A stretch of 63,998 bases of DNA, counting the filler, from Malassezia furfur (Eukaryota): assembly GCA_052055015.1 (NCBI GenBank). It is 36 parts of 36 records of this genome, joined end to end, with 100 filler letters (N's around TTAATTAATTAA, not from the genome) between each part and the next. Parts side by side here need not be neighbours in the genome. Positions count along the whole stretch, not along the records: positions 1 to 1,746 come from JBQJIT010001062.1; positions 1,847 to 3,588 come from JBQJIT010001063.1; positions 3,689 to 5,425 come from JBQJIT010001064.1; positions 5,526 to 7,253 come from JBQJIT010001065.1; positions 7,354 to 9,074 come from JBQJIT010001066.1; positions 9,175 to 10,888 come from JBQJIT010001067.1; 30 more parts are not named here. One strand, given 5' to 3'. The notes under the pieces were generated by a model, which saw only the letters and a program-made list of their open reading frames with translations, ran no database searches and was not told the DNA's origin. The translations under genes were made by a program, and so were the position numbers. Numbering within the stretch: the first letter of the stretch is position 1; the number at the start of each line of letters is the position of its first letter. Shown here one piece after another: positions 1 through 10,988 of the stretch.

Positions 1-1708
1 GCGCGAGGTGCGCCTCGGCGCGCGCCGCACGGATCTGCTGCTCGGCGTCCGCCCATGCCGCCGCCGTGTCGCGGTTTGCCTTGGCGCGCCGCGCGTCGCG
101 CAGCGCGTCCTCGAGGCGGGCGAGCAGCGCGGCGGTCTCGTCCGCGTCGTGCCCCCGCGCGCGCAGCGTCGCCTCGGTGCGGTTGCTCTCGGCAATCTCG
201 GTCTGGGTCTGCACCAGGAGCGACTGGGCGTGCGCGAGCTTCTTGTCGAGCACGGCGAGCTCCGTGTCGTACGAGTCGGCGAGGTCGTGCAGCAGCGTCG
301 ACACGAGGCCGAGCGCCTTGCCCGCGGCACGCTGGCCGGCCTCAGAGGTATGGGCACCGGCCGCGGGCTCCGGCGCGTGCGGCCGCGAGGGACTTGCGCG
401 GAACCGCTCGTCCTCCACAATGTAGTCCTCGGCGTTGCGCCCCTCGCGGTTGCGGATCTTGGGGTCTGCGCCGTGCTCGAGGAGGAGCTTGACGAGGCGC
501 TTGGAGCGCGCGCGCGCGGCCATGGTGAGCGCCGTCTCCCCCTCGTCGTCCTGGAAGTTGAGGATGTCGGCGAGCTGGTCGCCGTACTCGGCGAGGCGGT
601 GGATCATCGTCTCGAGGTAGTAGCGGCTTGCGTGCGGCTTGCCGCGGCTCAGCGCGAGGTCGACGACGTGGTGGAAGACGGTGCGGTCGTTGCGGTCGAT
701 GTTGAGGATGCTGCGATGGAGCAGCTCGAACAGCTCCGGAAACTTGCGCAGGTCGTAGTTGTTGCTGAACATCGCCGCGCGCATCAGCGCCGTCTGCCCG
801 TTGCTGTTCACGCGGAAGACGTCGGCGCCCGCCGAGAGGAGCAGCTTCACGACGCGGATGCGGCCCATGGCGCACGCCCAGTGCAGCGCGGTGTGCTCGT
901 CCTCGTCGATGCTCATGTTCGGGTCAAAGTCCAGCGGCGGGTTGACCAGCAGCGGCGGGATCGTCGTCGTCTCGCTGATAAAGTAGTCGAGGATGATCTC
1001 GGCGTAGCGCACCTGCGGCTCGGCGTCCTCGTAGGTCGGCGTGCGCTGCTGCACGGCGTAGGCGTCGCGGTAGCCGTACGGCGCCATGTGCGCGCCCGGC
1101 GTGTACACGGGCGGGCGGCCGCGCGCGTCCGTGTAGCGCGGCGCGTACGCCGCGTGCTCGGGCGCGATCGGGCTCGGCGTACGGCTCGCGCTGCTCATGT
1201 CGCTCGGCGAGGGGGAAATGGAGCCCTCGGAGCGGTTCAGGTCGTCGTGGCCGAGCACCTCGCTGCTGCCCTCCTCGCTCGAGGCGCGCAGGCGCGCGGG
1301 GTCGAGCACCTCGCTCGGCGTCTTTTTCAGCCGGCCGGACGAGGCGATCGCGTGCTTGGGCGCGGGCGGCGGCGAGCGCTCCGACGGCACAAACGCAATG
1401 ATCGGCTCGAGCAGCTCGCGGATGTGGTAGTGCTCCGCCAGCGCGATCGCAACGTCCATCGGGATCCACGTGCCCTGGTACTTGCCGTAGCCGCCCTGCA
1501 CCTTCTCGTGGACGCCCTTCTGCACCTCCTTCTCGAGCACGCGCGTGCGCTGCGACTTGTCGAGGCCGACCACCTTGAGGATCTGCGTCGCGTTCAGCCA
1601 CGCATCGCTCCGCCGCCGCATCACCGCCACATCCTTGATGATGCACTCGTACACCGGCACACCGGAGTACGTCGCCTTGAAGATCTGCCCGGGCGGCACC
1701 GCAGGCAT
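1..1708 (-). CDS. MBP1: MBF/SBF-type APSES (KilA-N) transcription factor with ankyrin repeats, Mbp1/Res1-like; 3' end truncated
   Basis: Translated by hand because the ORF track misses it (no stop before the window edge): MPAVPPGQIFKATYSGVPVYECII...WLNATQILKV...HEKVQGGYGKYQGTWIP, then ankyrin repeats HTALHWACAMG, GQTALMRA and GETALTMAAR. Confidence 0.92.
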   Translation of the reverse strand, partial: MPAVPPGQIFKATYSGVPVYECIIKDVAVMRRRSDAWLNATQILKVVGLDKSQRTRVLEKEVQKGVHEKVQGGYGKYQGTWIPMDVAIALAEHYHIRELLEPIIAFVPSERSPPPAPKHAIASSGRLKKTPSEVLDPARLRASSEEGSSEVLGHDDLNRSEGSISPSPSDMSSASRTPSPIAPEHAAYAPRYTDARGRPPVYTPGAHMAPYGYRDAYAVQQRTPTYEDAEPQVRYAEIILDYFISETTTIPPLLVNPPLDFDPNMSIDEDEHTALHWACAMGRIRVVKLLLSAGADVFRVNSNGQTALMRAAMFSNNYDLRKFPELFELLHRSILNIDRNDRTVFHHVVDLALSRGKPHASRYYLETMIHRLAEYGDQLADILNFQDDEGETALTMAARARSKRLVKLLLEHGADPKIRNREGRNAEDYIVEDERFRASPSRPHAPEPAAGAHTSEAGQRAAGKALGLVSTLLHDLADSYDTELAVLDKKLAHAQSLLVQTQTEIAESNRTEATLRARGHDADETAALLARLEDALRDARRAKANRDTAAAWADAEQQIRAARAEAHLA

Positions 1709-1746
1709 CGTCGCACACCCCGCGCGCCGCCCGCGCCCGCGCGCGC

Positions 1747-1846
1747 NNNNNNNNNNNNNNNNNNNNNNNNNNNNNNNNNNNNNNNNNNNNTTAATTAATT
1801 AANNNNNNNNNNNNNNNNNNNNNNNNNNNNNNNNNNNNNNNNNNNN
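1747..1846. other. Artificial contig spacer N44-TTAATTAATTAA-N44 (first of 35 identical spacers)
   Basis: Identical 100-nt block recurring every ~1.7-1.8 kb; the 12-mer puts stop codons in all six frames. Confidence 0.98.
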
Positions 1847-2392
1847 CCGAGTGACGATGACCTACTTGCGCACGCCGAGCTGCGCGCGCAGCTCGCCGCG
1901 AACGAGACCGACAGCCCGCTGCTCGACGGCCGCGCGAGCCTCGGGTACGTCACCATCGACGCGTGCCCGGGGCCCGGCGACGACACGGTGCACACGCCCG
2001 TGCCCTTCTCCGCGGACCAGCCGGACTACGTCGCGGCGCACCCCGAGCCGCCGCCGGACGACGACGAGGCGCGCGTGGACGTGGTGTTTGTCGACTTCAT
2101 CCTCGCGCCGCTCCTGGCGCTCCTCAACGACGCGGACGGCGCACGCACCTACACGTCGGCCGACGCACACCGCTGGGGCAACGTGTCGACGCAGTGGCTG
2201 TACCCGCGCTTTGCGGCGCACGCCTGGCGCCCGGAGGACGCGGCGCGCGCCTGGGCCGAGCTCGACACCGCCGCGCGGCTGCACGGCTACCCGCCGCTGG
2301 CCAAGTTCGACACGTACGCACACGACCCGTACGACGCGGTGCGCGCGGCGCGCGCGGCACATGCGCCGCTCGTCTTCCAGCCGGCTACGTAG
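1847..2392 (+). CDS. C-terminal fragment of a fungal 5'-nucleotidase-like metallophosphatase (YHR202W/Smn1-like)
   Basis: LGYVTIDACPGPGDDTVHTPVPF...VDVVFVDFI resembles the C-terminal domain of this family; ends in TAG at 2390-2392. Confidence 0.6.
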   Translation, partial: PSDDDLLAHAELRAQLAANETDSPLLDGRASLGYVTIDACPGPGDDTVHTPVPFSADQPDYVAAHPEPPPDDDEARVDVVFVDFILAPLLALLNDADGARTYTSADAHRWGNVSTQWLYPRFAAHAWRPEDAARAWAELDTAARLHGYPPLAKFDTYAHDPYDAVRAARAAHAPLVFQPAT

Positions 2393-3588
2393 CTACAGAT
2401 AGCCGCGGCACTGCGGCGAGCCACACAGGCACCGGATCGCCTCCTCGTCGCCCTCGCTGGATTGGACTGTGTCAGTGGGCGGCACGCACACTTGTAGTCG
2501 TACGTCAGCTCCTGCCCGGGCAAAATCGTGGTCTTGGCACTGCGTCAGCCCCGCACGTACAACAGCGCGATCCGCTTCTCGCCCTGCAGCGTCAAGATCT
2601 TCGCCGTGCAGTTCGGCGTGCAACAGTGCTGCGTCAGCAAGCCACCTACGTTCATCAGCCGCGCAATGTTGCCCTTGTGCGTCGCATCCACCACCACATC
2701 GTCGTCCACACGGAACAGGTAGGTCGAAAAGTTGCCCGCGCGCTCGTACAGCTTCTCGCGGTGGTCGGCCACCTGCTGCCGCACAATCTCGCCGACGTAC
2801 TCGATCACCATATCGCCCGCGGGAATGAGCTCCATCGCATACAGACCCCAGTCGTGGATCGGGCTCTTGGAGAAGCGCAGCTGCTTCTTGCGCGTCTGCA
2901 GCTGGTTGAACTTGAGCATGTCGGTGTCGGTGAGCGTCTCGCGCTTGTGCTGCTCCATGTCCAGCACCAGGCGCCGCGAGTCCGCACGGTTGTTCCGCGC
3001 CGAGCCGAGCGCGGGCCGATCCGCCGCGGGCGCTTCCGCCGCGCGGTTGCGGTCCGGCAAATGCGCGGCCTTTTCCGCAGCAGGGATCCGATAAAAGCCC
3101 TCGGCACGCGCACAGCCGCTCGCATGCGGGCCGTCGGGCGCCGCGCCCACGTCGGTCGCAACGCCCTGCGCCAAGACGCGCTGCAGGTACGACAGCTCCT
3201 CGCCGTCGGCCGCCACCCCCAGCGCAACGGGGTCGAGCACCCCGTCCGCCGCACGCGCCCCGTCCGCCGCCTCCTCAGCCGCGGCCGGCTTCGAGAGCTG
3301 CGCGGCCACCACATCGGGGCGCTTGCGGAACGACGGCAGATGCGTGTCGAGCACCGGCGGCGGCGCCGCCACGGCAAGCTTCGCGGTCGTCTGCGTCTTG
3401 TGCGCCGCAAGCAGCTGCGCACCCGGCCCGTCGGGCGCCAGGCACGCCGTGAGCCGCGGCGCCAGCACGCGGTTCTTCACGTCGCGCACAAACATCTGCT
3501 CGAGCGCCGCGAGCAGCTGGCGCTCGGCCTCCTCGACGAGCGCCGCACGCGTCCACACCGCCGGGCGCGGCGCCTCGCGCGGCGCATC
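2393..3588 (-). CDS. SET1: Histone H3K4 methyltransferase Set1, C-terminal N-SET/SET/post-SET region; introns 2629-2649, 2540-2560, 2467-2489
   Basis: GCARAEGFY, KFNQLQTRKKQLRFSKSPIHDWGLYA, VIEYVGE; splicing restores ARLMN|HCCTPNC, IALF|AKTTI, ELTYDYKF and CLCGSPQCRGYL*. Confidence 0.96.
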
Positions 3589-3688
3589 NNNNNNNNNNNN
3601 NNNNNNNNNNNNNNNNNNNNNNNNNNNNNNNNTTAATTAATTAANNNNNNNNNNNNNNNNNNNNNNNNNNNNNNNNNNNNNNNNNNNN

Positions 3689-5247
3689 GGCGCCGCACGG
3701 GCCCTGGCGGGCGTGCACGGGCCGCGCTAGGCGCCGTCGCGTTCGGCACGTGGCTGTGCGTGCTGCAGACGCTGTTGAGCGACGCCGGGACGCTGATCGC
3801 GTGGGGCTGGACGGGCTACCCCGTGCGCGGCCCGCAGGGCGTGCCGCACGGCGTGCTCGTCATCGCCGCGTTCGCGGCGGGCGTGCTCGGCGCGCTGCAC
3901 GTGCCCGCACTTGGCCTGCGCCGCGGCGTGTGGGCGGCGTATGCCGCGGGGTGTGCCGCGCTGTTCTTCCTGGACGACTGGGCGGGCCTCGCGGGCGGCC
4001 TCTTGGTCGCCGCGACGGCGCCGACGATGGCGCTGCCGCTGCTCCAGTCTGCGCTGACGCACGACCCACTCGCGGCGCTGCTCGGCGCGTGGGCCGTCGC
4101 GGTGGGGCAGTGGTTTTTGGGCGTGCTGACGGTCGCCTACGCGTTCCTGCCCGGCGCGTGGGTGATGCGCGAGCACACCGGCGCGCTGCTGGCGGTGCAG
4201 GGCGCGCTGCTCGTCGCAGGCCTACACGCGGCGCGCACGCCCGACGTCACCACGCGCCTGGCGGTCGCCGCGTCGACGCACCGGCGCCGCTTCCGCCGCG
4301 CGCTGTACGTCGTGCTCGGCGCGCTCGTGGGCGTTGCGTGCGTCGTGCCGGCGGTGCGCCGCGTGCCCGCACACCGCATCGTGCCGTACCACGCGGCGGA
4401 CCGCGTGTTCACCGCGGGCATCTGGACGGTGCACTTTGGCTTCGACCAGGCGATGCGCGACAACACGCGGCGCATGGCGCGCCTCTTCCGCGAGCTCGAG
4501 CTGGACGTCGTCGGGCTGCTCGAGACGGACCTGCACCGCCCCGCGTTCGGCAACCGCGACCTGACGCAGTACCTCGCCGAGGCGCTGGGGATGTACGCGG
4601 ACCTCGGCCCGAGCCCCAAGAAGCACACGTGGGGCGCCGTGCTCCTGTCCAAGTTCCCGATCGTGGAGAGCCGGCACTACCTGCTGCCGTCGCCGCACGG
4701 CGAGCTCGCGCCGGCGATCCATGCGGTGCTCGACGTGTTTGGCGTCCACACGCACGTCGTCGTCGCGCACAACGGGCAGGAGGAGGACGCGCTCGACCGC
4801 GAGCTGCAGACGACGGCGCTCGCCGAGCTGCTCGCCGCGACGTACCCCGCGCCCGCGGTGTTTCTGGGCTACCTCGTGACGCTGCCCCACATGAACCGCC
4901 CGAGCCCCTACGGGATCCTGTTTGGCGAGGGGCGCCTGCTCGACGCTGACCCGCGCGATTTGGACCGGTGGTGCGAGTGCCTCGGCTTCCGTGCGCTGGA
5001 GCGCGTCGCGTACGCGCGCGTGTCGCGCTTCACGGTGACCGACACCGAGCTGCAGACGTTCAAGCTGCGCGTGCCGCGCACCCCGATCGCGGCCGACCGC
5101 GACGTGCGGCCGCGCAAGCTTCCGTACGCCGAGCGCCCCGCGGCGGCGTGGGCGTACCCTGCGTCGCTGATCCAGCCGCACGCGCGGCTCAACGAGACCC
5201 ACATGTACGGCCCCGAGCTGTACCCCACGTACTTTGCTCCGCCATAG
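3689..5247 (+). CDS. CWH43: Cwh43/PGAP2-interacting GPI-lipid remodelling protein, C-terminal part
   Basis: TM helices followed by FTAGIWTVHFG, DVVGLLETD, GNRDLTQYLAE, HTWGAVLLSKFPI, GELAPAIHA, HNGQEED. Confidence 0.92.
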
Positions 5248-5250
5248 CTC

Positions 5251-5425
5251 CTACGCTTCGCTACGGGCACGGCGCCGCGCGCGCTGCTGCGCGCGGTGCG
5301 CCGCGCGCTTGCGGTTGCGCTCCACGTGGCCCACGCCGCGGTACGAGTCGGCGCCCACGGCACACACCTGCAGCGGCGCGCGGTGCGGCGCGGCGTGCCG
5401 CCGAGGCGACGCTCGCCGCCATCGG
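5251..5425 (-). CDS. Probable 3' tail of an unidentified gene convergent with CWH43
   Basis: Open frame ...PLQVCAVGADSYRGVGHVERNRKRAAHRAQQRARRRARSEA* ending 3 nt from the CWH43 stop. Confidence 0.35.
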
Positions 5426-5525
5426 NNNNNNNNNNNNNNNNNNNNNNNNNNNNNNNNNNNNNNNNNNNNTTAATTAATTAANNNNNNNNNNNNNNNNNNN
5501 NNNNNNNNNNNNNNNNNNNNNNNNN

Positions 5526-7253
5526 CGCGGCCGCCGGCACGAGCGCCGCGGCACACTGCACCGCGACGGGCGCGTCCGGCGCGCCGCTGCGCAGCTTCTC
5601 GGCGAGCAGGAAGCCGTACGTGTCGACGACCTCGACGCTCACCGGCACGCGCGCATCGAGCGCCGCGAGCATCCCGCCAACGCCCACGAGCGCGTTGCGG
5701 CTCTTGCACGCGGCGACGGCGCCGCTGCGCGAGCGCATCGCGCTCGCGATCTCGAGCAGCGCGCTCAAGAAGCCGTGCACCGCCGTGCGCAGCGGCGCGT
5801 CCGCCACGCGCACGATCGCCGCGCACAGCGGGCGCAGCAGCGCGCCGAGCGTCGCGCCCAGCACGTGCGCCGCGTCGTCCTCGCGGCGCGCCTGCGCGGC
5901 GAGCACGTGCAGCGTGCTCGCGAGCAGCTGCGTCTGCACCGCGGGCGGGCACACCTGCACGACGCCCACGAGCGTCGTCCAGGCGGCCGTGTGCAGCGCC
6001 GCCTTGTCGGCGGGCGCGCCGTGCATCGCAGGGATCGCGTCGAGGTACGCAAACAGCAGGCGCACCACGTAGCCGAGCGGCGTGCGCGCAAACGCGCGGT
6101 CGTCGACGCGCCCGTCCGCGTCGGCGAGCAGGCGCTCGTGCATGCTGCGCGCGAGCGCGTGCAGCACCCGCAGCACGCCGAGCGCGACGGGCACGTCGTG
6201 CGTCAGGAACGCGCGCTGCGCGACGCGCAGCAGCTCGTCGAGCAGCGCGGGCTCGGCGATCGCCTCGCCCGCGTACCGCGCGTCGGCGAGCACGGGCAGC
6301 GACGCAAGCACCACGGCGAGCGTCCCGCGATCCGTCTGCTGCGCGCCGCGCTCGAGCTCGCGGCACAGCGTCTCGAACGCGAGCGCGTACAGCGCAAACG
6401 CGGGCACCGCCGGCGCCGCGCCCGCCGCGCCGTCCAGCGCCAGCGTCACGGCGTGCAGCATCGCGGGCCACGCGTCCGCATAGTACGCGAGGCGCTGCGC
6501 GTGCACGAGCGCGGCCATCGCGCCGTCCGCGAGCGCCGCGTCGGGGTCCTCGCGCAGCTGCGCGTACTCGGCGAGCGCGTCGCTCCACCGCGCCACGAGC
6601 TCGGCGCGGTGCGGCGCCAACACCGCGTCGATCGCCGCGCCGCGCGGCGCAATCGCCAGCTCGGCCCACGCGTGCAGCACCGCGATCCGCAGGTACGCGG
6701 CGCTGTGCGGCGGCAGCGCGTCGAGCCCGCCGAGGCGCGTCATCGGCTCCGCACGGCTCTCGTCGAGCGCGCTCGTGAGCAGCTTCACAACGCGGTTCGT
6801 CTGCGGCGCCGCGTGCTCCGCGCCGCCCACACGCACGTACACGGCACACACGGCGACCGCCGCCGCGAGCACCTCGGGGAACGAGTCGGCGCCGAACGCG
6901 GGCGTGAGCGCCGCCGCGAGCGGCGCCTGGTACTGCTCGAGCAGGCGCGACGCGGGGAACGCTGGGTCGCGCGTCGCCGCGTACGCCTCCATCACCTCGC
7001 GCAGCACCTGCAGGCCCGCGCGCCGCACCGCGCGGCTCGTCGCGGTGCTCGCGGCAAACGCCATCTTGATCAGCTCCCCGACGCGGCTCGCGAGGTTGTG
7101 GGGGTCGGCCGCGTCCGCGGCCGCACCGACGTGCGCCGTGCCGCGCACCGCGTGCAGCACCGCGTCGAGGCACGCCAGCACAAACAGGCGCGTGCGCCAC
7201 CCGCACAGCGCGCGCGGCGCACGCGCGTCGGCGGGCGCGGCGCTCGCTGTGCG
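5526..7253 (-). CDS. LAA1: HEATR5/Laa1 AP-1 accessory HEAT-repeat protein, internal fragment
   Basis: WRTRLFVL, ELIKMAFAAST, DPAFPASRLLEQYQAPLAAALTPAF...PEVLAAAVAVCAVYV, LRIAVLHAWAEL. Confidence 0.85.
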
Positions 7254-7442
7254 NNNNNNNNNNNNNNNNNNNNNNNNNNNNNNNNNNNNNNNNNNNNTTA
7301 ATTAATTAANNNNNNNNNNNNNNNNNNNNNNNNNNNNNNNNNNNNNNNNNNNNCTTCCGACGCGCGCGGCACGACGCGCTTCCGTCTCGCCATGGCCTCC
7401 ACGGTGCGTGCGCCGCCGCGGCGGCGGAGCGAGCGGAGAGTG

Positions 7443-9074
7443 ATGGAGCGTACGTGAATACGGCTGACGCAGTCAAGGTGCTCTACTCTCTCGACACGAG
7501 CCCCCACCATACCATGATCGCACGCGCGTCGCAGCGCGTCGCTGTACGCGTCGCGCACGCGCCCGCGCCGCTCGGGACACTCGGGCGGGTCGCGCTGAAG
7601 ACGTGTTTGGGCGTGATCTGCGTCGCGAGCCCCGAGCTTGTGCTGGACCGCGCGAACGACTACATTGTGTACGCCATCGACCCGGAAGAGTCGCACCGCG
7701 TCGCGCAGCGCTCGCCGACGCACCGCGCACCGGACGCGGCGCGGGCGACGCCCCATGCGAGTCCGTCGCGGCGCACCGGCACGCCACACGTGCTCGTCGG
7801 CAAGGGATTTCTGAGCGGCGCGCTCGAGGAGCCGGGCGACGGCACATCGTACGTCACCGGGCGCGTCCGCACCGAGCCGCGGCACACCTACTCGGCCTTT
7901 TCCTCCGACGAGGACGAGGAGGGGGGAGAGGCGTCCAACGACGTACTCGAGGTCGTCCTACGCATGAAAGAGGCGCCACAGCAGAGCCGCGAACACCTCG
8001 CGACGCTCATGCAGGGCCTCGGCGAGGCGCGGCACACGCCGCCGGCGCGCACAGCGTCGACCTCGGCCCCGGCCTCGGCGCCCACCCCTGCACCCGCTGC
8101 GCCCTCTACGCCGACCGCCGAGCAGCGGCAGCTCATGTCGATGCTGCATGTGATTGCAGGCGCGCTGCCCGACCAAAAGGCGCGTCCGCCGCCGCCGAGC
8201 GCGCCGAGTGCACCGCCCAGCGGGCGTGCCGACCGTATCTGCTACAACTGCGGCACCACCACGTCCAAGACGTGGCGCATGCTGCAGCTGCCCGCGGGCG
8301 AGCCGGTGCCGCACCCAGCCGCGGAGCGCCCGCCGGCCGACGTCGTGCCACTCACGTGGACGCCCAAGTACGCGCGGGCGACGCAGTGCGTCGCCGACGG
8401 CGAGACGCGGTGGCAGGCGTGCAATGCGTGTGGCCTCTACTTTACGAAATACAACACGTCGCGCTCGGAACGCATGTGTGCGGGCGCACGCGCCGACAAG
8501 CGTCGTGACGCGCGCGCGCCGAAACGCATCAAGACGGAGGAGAGTGGCAATGGCAAGCCGCTCCGCCCGGCGCCGCCCGCGCAGCACGCGCGCGCGCTGC
8601 AGGACCTGAGTGGGAACGTGTCGCCCGTGCGGCGCACGGCATCGAGCCCCGTGCGCTCGCAGCGCATGCCGCCGCCGGCCGCGAGCCCACGTACATCGCG
8701 CAACGTGCGTGCCGCAACGCCGGGGCAGTACGGCGTGCCGTCGTACCTGATCCATTCGTCGCCGAACACGGCGATGCACCGCCTGTTGAGCGAGACGGAG
8801 CACGACCTCGACGAGATGCACGCGCACGGCGACCTGCCGACGCCCAGCAAGCTGTTGGCTTTGCGTGCGCCGACGTCGCCGAGCCCCGTGCGTCGCAGCC
8901 CACGCAAGCAGCCGCACGGCACGCGCGGCGCGGTGAACCCGTACGCGACACACGCGAGTGGCGCCACGCCGCTCTTTTCGAACGCGACGCCCTCTTCGCC
9001 CGCGCTGCCGCTCGACGAGCACGCCGAGGGGCCGCCGAGCCCGAGCGCCGAGCGCGCGAGTCGCGCCGAGCGGC
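7443..9074 (+). CDS. AMS2: Ams2/Spt21-like protein with a GATA-type zinc finger; intron 7450-7472; 3' truncated
   Basis: Spliced start ME|LKVLYSLD; GRVALKTCLGVICVASPELV...DYIVYAIDPEE (Ams2/Spt21 N-terminus); CYNCGTTTSKTWR...ACNACGLY. Confidence 0.7.
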
Positions 9075-9174
9075 NNNNNNNNNNNNNNNNNNNNNNNNNN
9101 NNNNNNNNNNNNNNNNNNTTAATTAATTAANNNNNNNNNNNNNNNNNNNNNNNNNNNNNNNNNNNNNNNNNNNN

Positions 9175-10243
9175 GACGCCGCACACGCCGCGGCGCTGGT
9201 GTACGTCCCGTCCGAGAAGCGGCCCCCCGCGCTGCGGCGGCGCCTCCTGCCGCGCCTGCCGCCCGCGCGCCGCGACGAGGTGCAGCGGTTCGCGCTGCGC
9301 TGGGACACGGTCGACAACGCACTGGTAGGTCGCGTGCTCACCCTAGCAAGCGCTCCGCTTCGTGTTCCTGCTGCTCGACGCACACTACCAAGTTGATGTG
9401 CCCCGCACGCGCGCACAGGCGCTGCGGCGCCCGTCCGTGTGGGTGCTGAGCCGCACGCTCGCCAAGCCCACGCGCCTGTGGCTCGGCCAGTGGCTCATGA
9501 TCCTCAGCGAGGGCGTGGCCAACCTCCGCCGCGCCTCGCTGCTCGTCGTCTGGCTCGTGTGGAGCGTGCAGCGCCTCTGGGCGCGGCGCACGCACCCCGT
9601 TGTCGTGGCCCAGACCGACACGCCGCCGACCCCGCCGGCGCCGCACACCGAGCGCCTCGCGCTCGCAGGCGAGGCCCTCGCGACGCTCGCCGAGGGGTGC
9701 GACATGCTCGCCTTCGCGTCCGGCACCGGCCTGTTCTGGCGCGCGCTCGGCCTGCGCCGCCGGCCGCAGGGGTGGATCCAGCGCCGGCGCCGCGGCGTGG
9801 AGCGCGTCGGCGTGTTTGTCTCGCTCGGGGCGCTCGCCGTGCAGCTGTACGTCCTGCATGTGCAGCAGCGCGAGACGCTGGACGAGATGCACGCAAGCGC
9901 CGGCGCCGTACAGCACCAGCTCGAGACGTTTGACGCGCCCGAGGCCCATCGCCCGGACGCGCCGGACGCGCCGGACGCGCCGGCAGCATGGGACACCGAC
10001 GCCCCCGCCGCCAGCGCGGTGGCCGCCACCCCCTACGACCAGTACCTCGCGAACCGCCGGCGGCTGCGGTGGCTCGGCATCGAGCGCGTGTGTGTGTGCA
10101 GCGACGCAAGCTTTGCCCTGTACGAGGCGTGTGCGCCCGACCGCGAAAAGGATCGGTTCGAGGCGTCGACGGGGTTGCTCGCCGCGACGCTGCGCCTGCT
10201 CCGCCTGTGGAACGAGGCACGGTTGGGCGCACTGGATATCTGA
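9175..10243 (+). CDS. Membrane protein, possibly Pex11-family; intron 9325-9346; 5' truncated
   Basis: Two ORF-track frames joined by a 22-nt intron (DNAL|QALRFVF); helical/hydrophobic pattern with C-terminal ...SDASFALYE...GLLAATLRLLRLWNE. Confidence 0.45.
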
Positions 10244-10258
10244 GCTGCTCGCTATGGC

Positions 10259-10888
10259 CTAGTTGTCCTCGAGCCACCGGTACTCGAACCGGAAATCGCT
10301 CTTGCGCCGCTGGCACCACGACCCCTCCCAGTCAAAGTACACGTACGCGCCCTGCTCGTACTCGTCGGTGATCGCCTGCGGCTGCGAGTGCCGCTGGAAC
10401 CAGGTGAGGTACTGCTTGTGGAAGCGCCACGACTGCTTCTTGAGCTCCCGCGCGGCGAGGTATTGGTGGTATGTGCCTTGCTGGTAGTAGAAGATGTAGA
10501 ACAGCGTGTCCACGTCAAACTTGGCGTACAGCGCAGGGTTGTCAAAGATGGACGCAGGCGTCTGGGGGTAGTAGTGCGGCGTGGGGAACGGCTCCTTCGG
10601 CACATAGTACCGCGGACTCTCCGAGTCCACCGGCTCCGGCACACCGCCGGCAAAGCTCGCGTCCAGCGTGTGCTGCGTGTGCGCCAAATTCGCATCGCGC
10701 TGCAGCGACCGGTGCTTCGCCGACTCAAACGAGCTCACCAGGTCTGACAGCGACTCGGGCAGGCGCCCCGCCTCCGCCGCGCGCTCGCCCGCGCCCTCGG
10801 GCGCGCCAGATGCCGCCACGACCGCCGCATCCGCCCGGCCGTCCGCCACACCGCCCTCGCTCTCGGCCGCGGCCTCCGTGGGCCGTGG
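10259..10888 (-). CDS. NOT5: CCR4-NOT subunit Not3/Not5, C-terminal NOT-box
   Basis: PFPTPHYYPQ, DTLFYIFYYQQGTYHQYLAARELKKQSWRFHKQYLTWFQRH, GAYVYFDWEGSWCQRRKSDFRFEY. Confidence 0.93.
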   Translation of the reverse strand, partial: PRPTEAAAESEGGVADGRADAAVVAASGAPEGAGERAAEAGRLPESLSDLVSSFESAKHRSLQRDANLAHTQHTLDASFAGGVPEPVDSESPRYYVPKEPFPTPHYYPQTPASIFDNPALYAKFDVDTLFYIFYYQQGTYHQYLAARELKKQSWRFHKQYLTWFQRHSQPQAITDEYEQGAYVYFDWEGSWCQRRKSDFRFEYRWLEDN

Positions 10889-10988
10889 NNNNNNNNNNNN
10901 NNNNNNNNNNNNNNNNNNNNNNNNNNNNNNNNTTAATTAATTAANNNNNNNNNNNNNNNNNNNNNNNNNNNNNNNNNNNNNNNNNNNN

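Noticed and set aside
8..1798. Long antisense or alternate-frame ORFs (8-1798 +, 37875-39596 -, 43190-44590 -, 48622-50241 +, 59035-60663 + and many Arg/Ala-rich frames)
   Set aside because: Shadows of real genes caused by very high GC3 and few stop codons; no recognisable domains
2545..2560. Stop-codon readthrough or recoding at the TGA in SET1
   Set aside because: The TGA lies in the branch-point word of a 21-nt intron whose removal restores IALFAK
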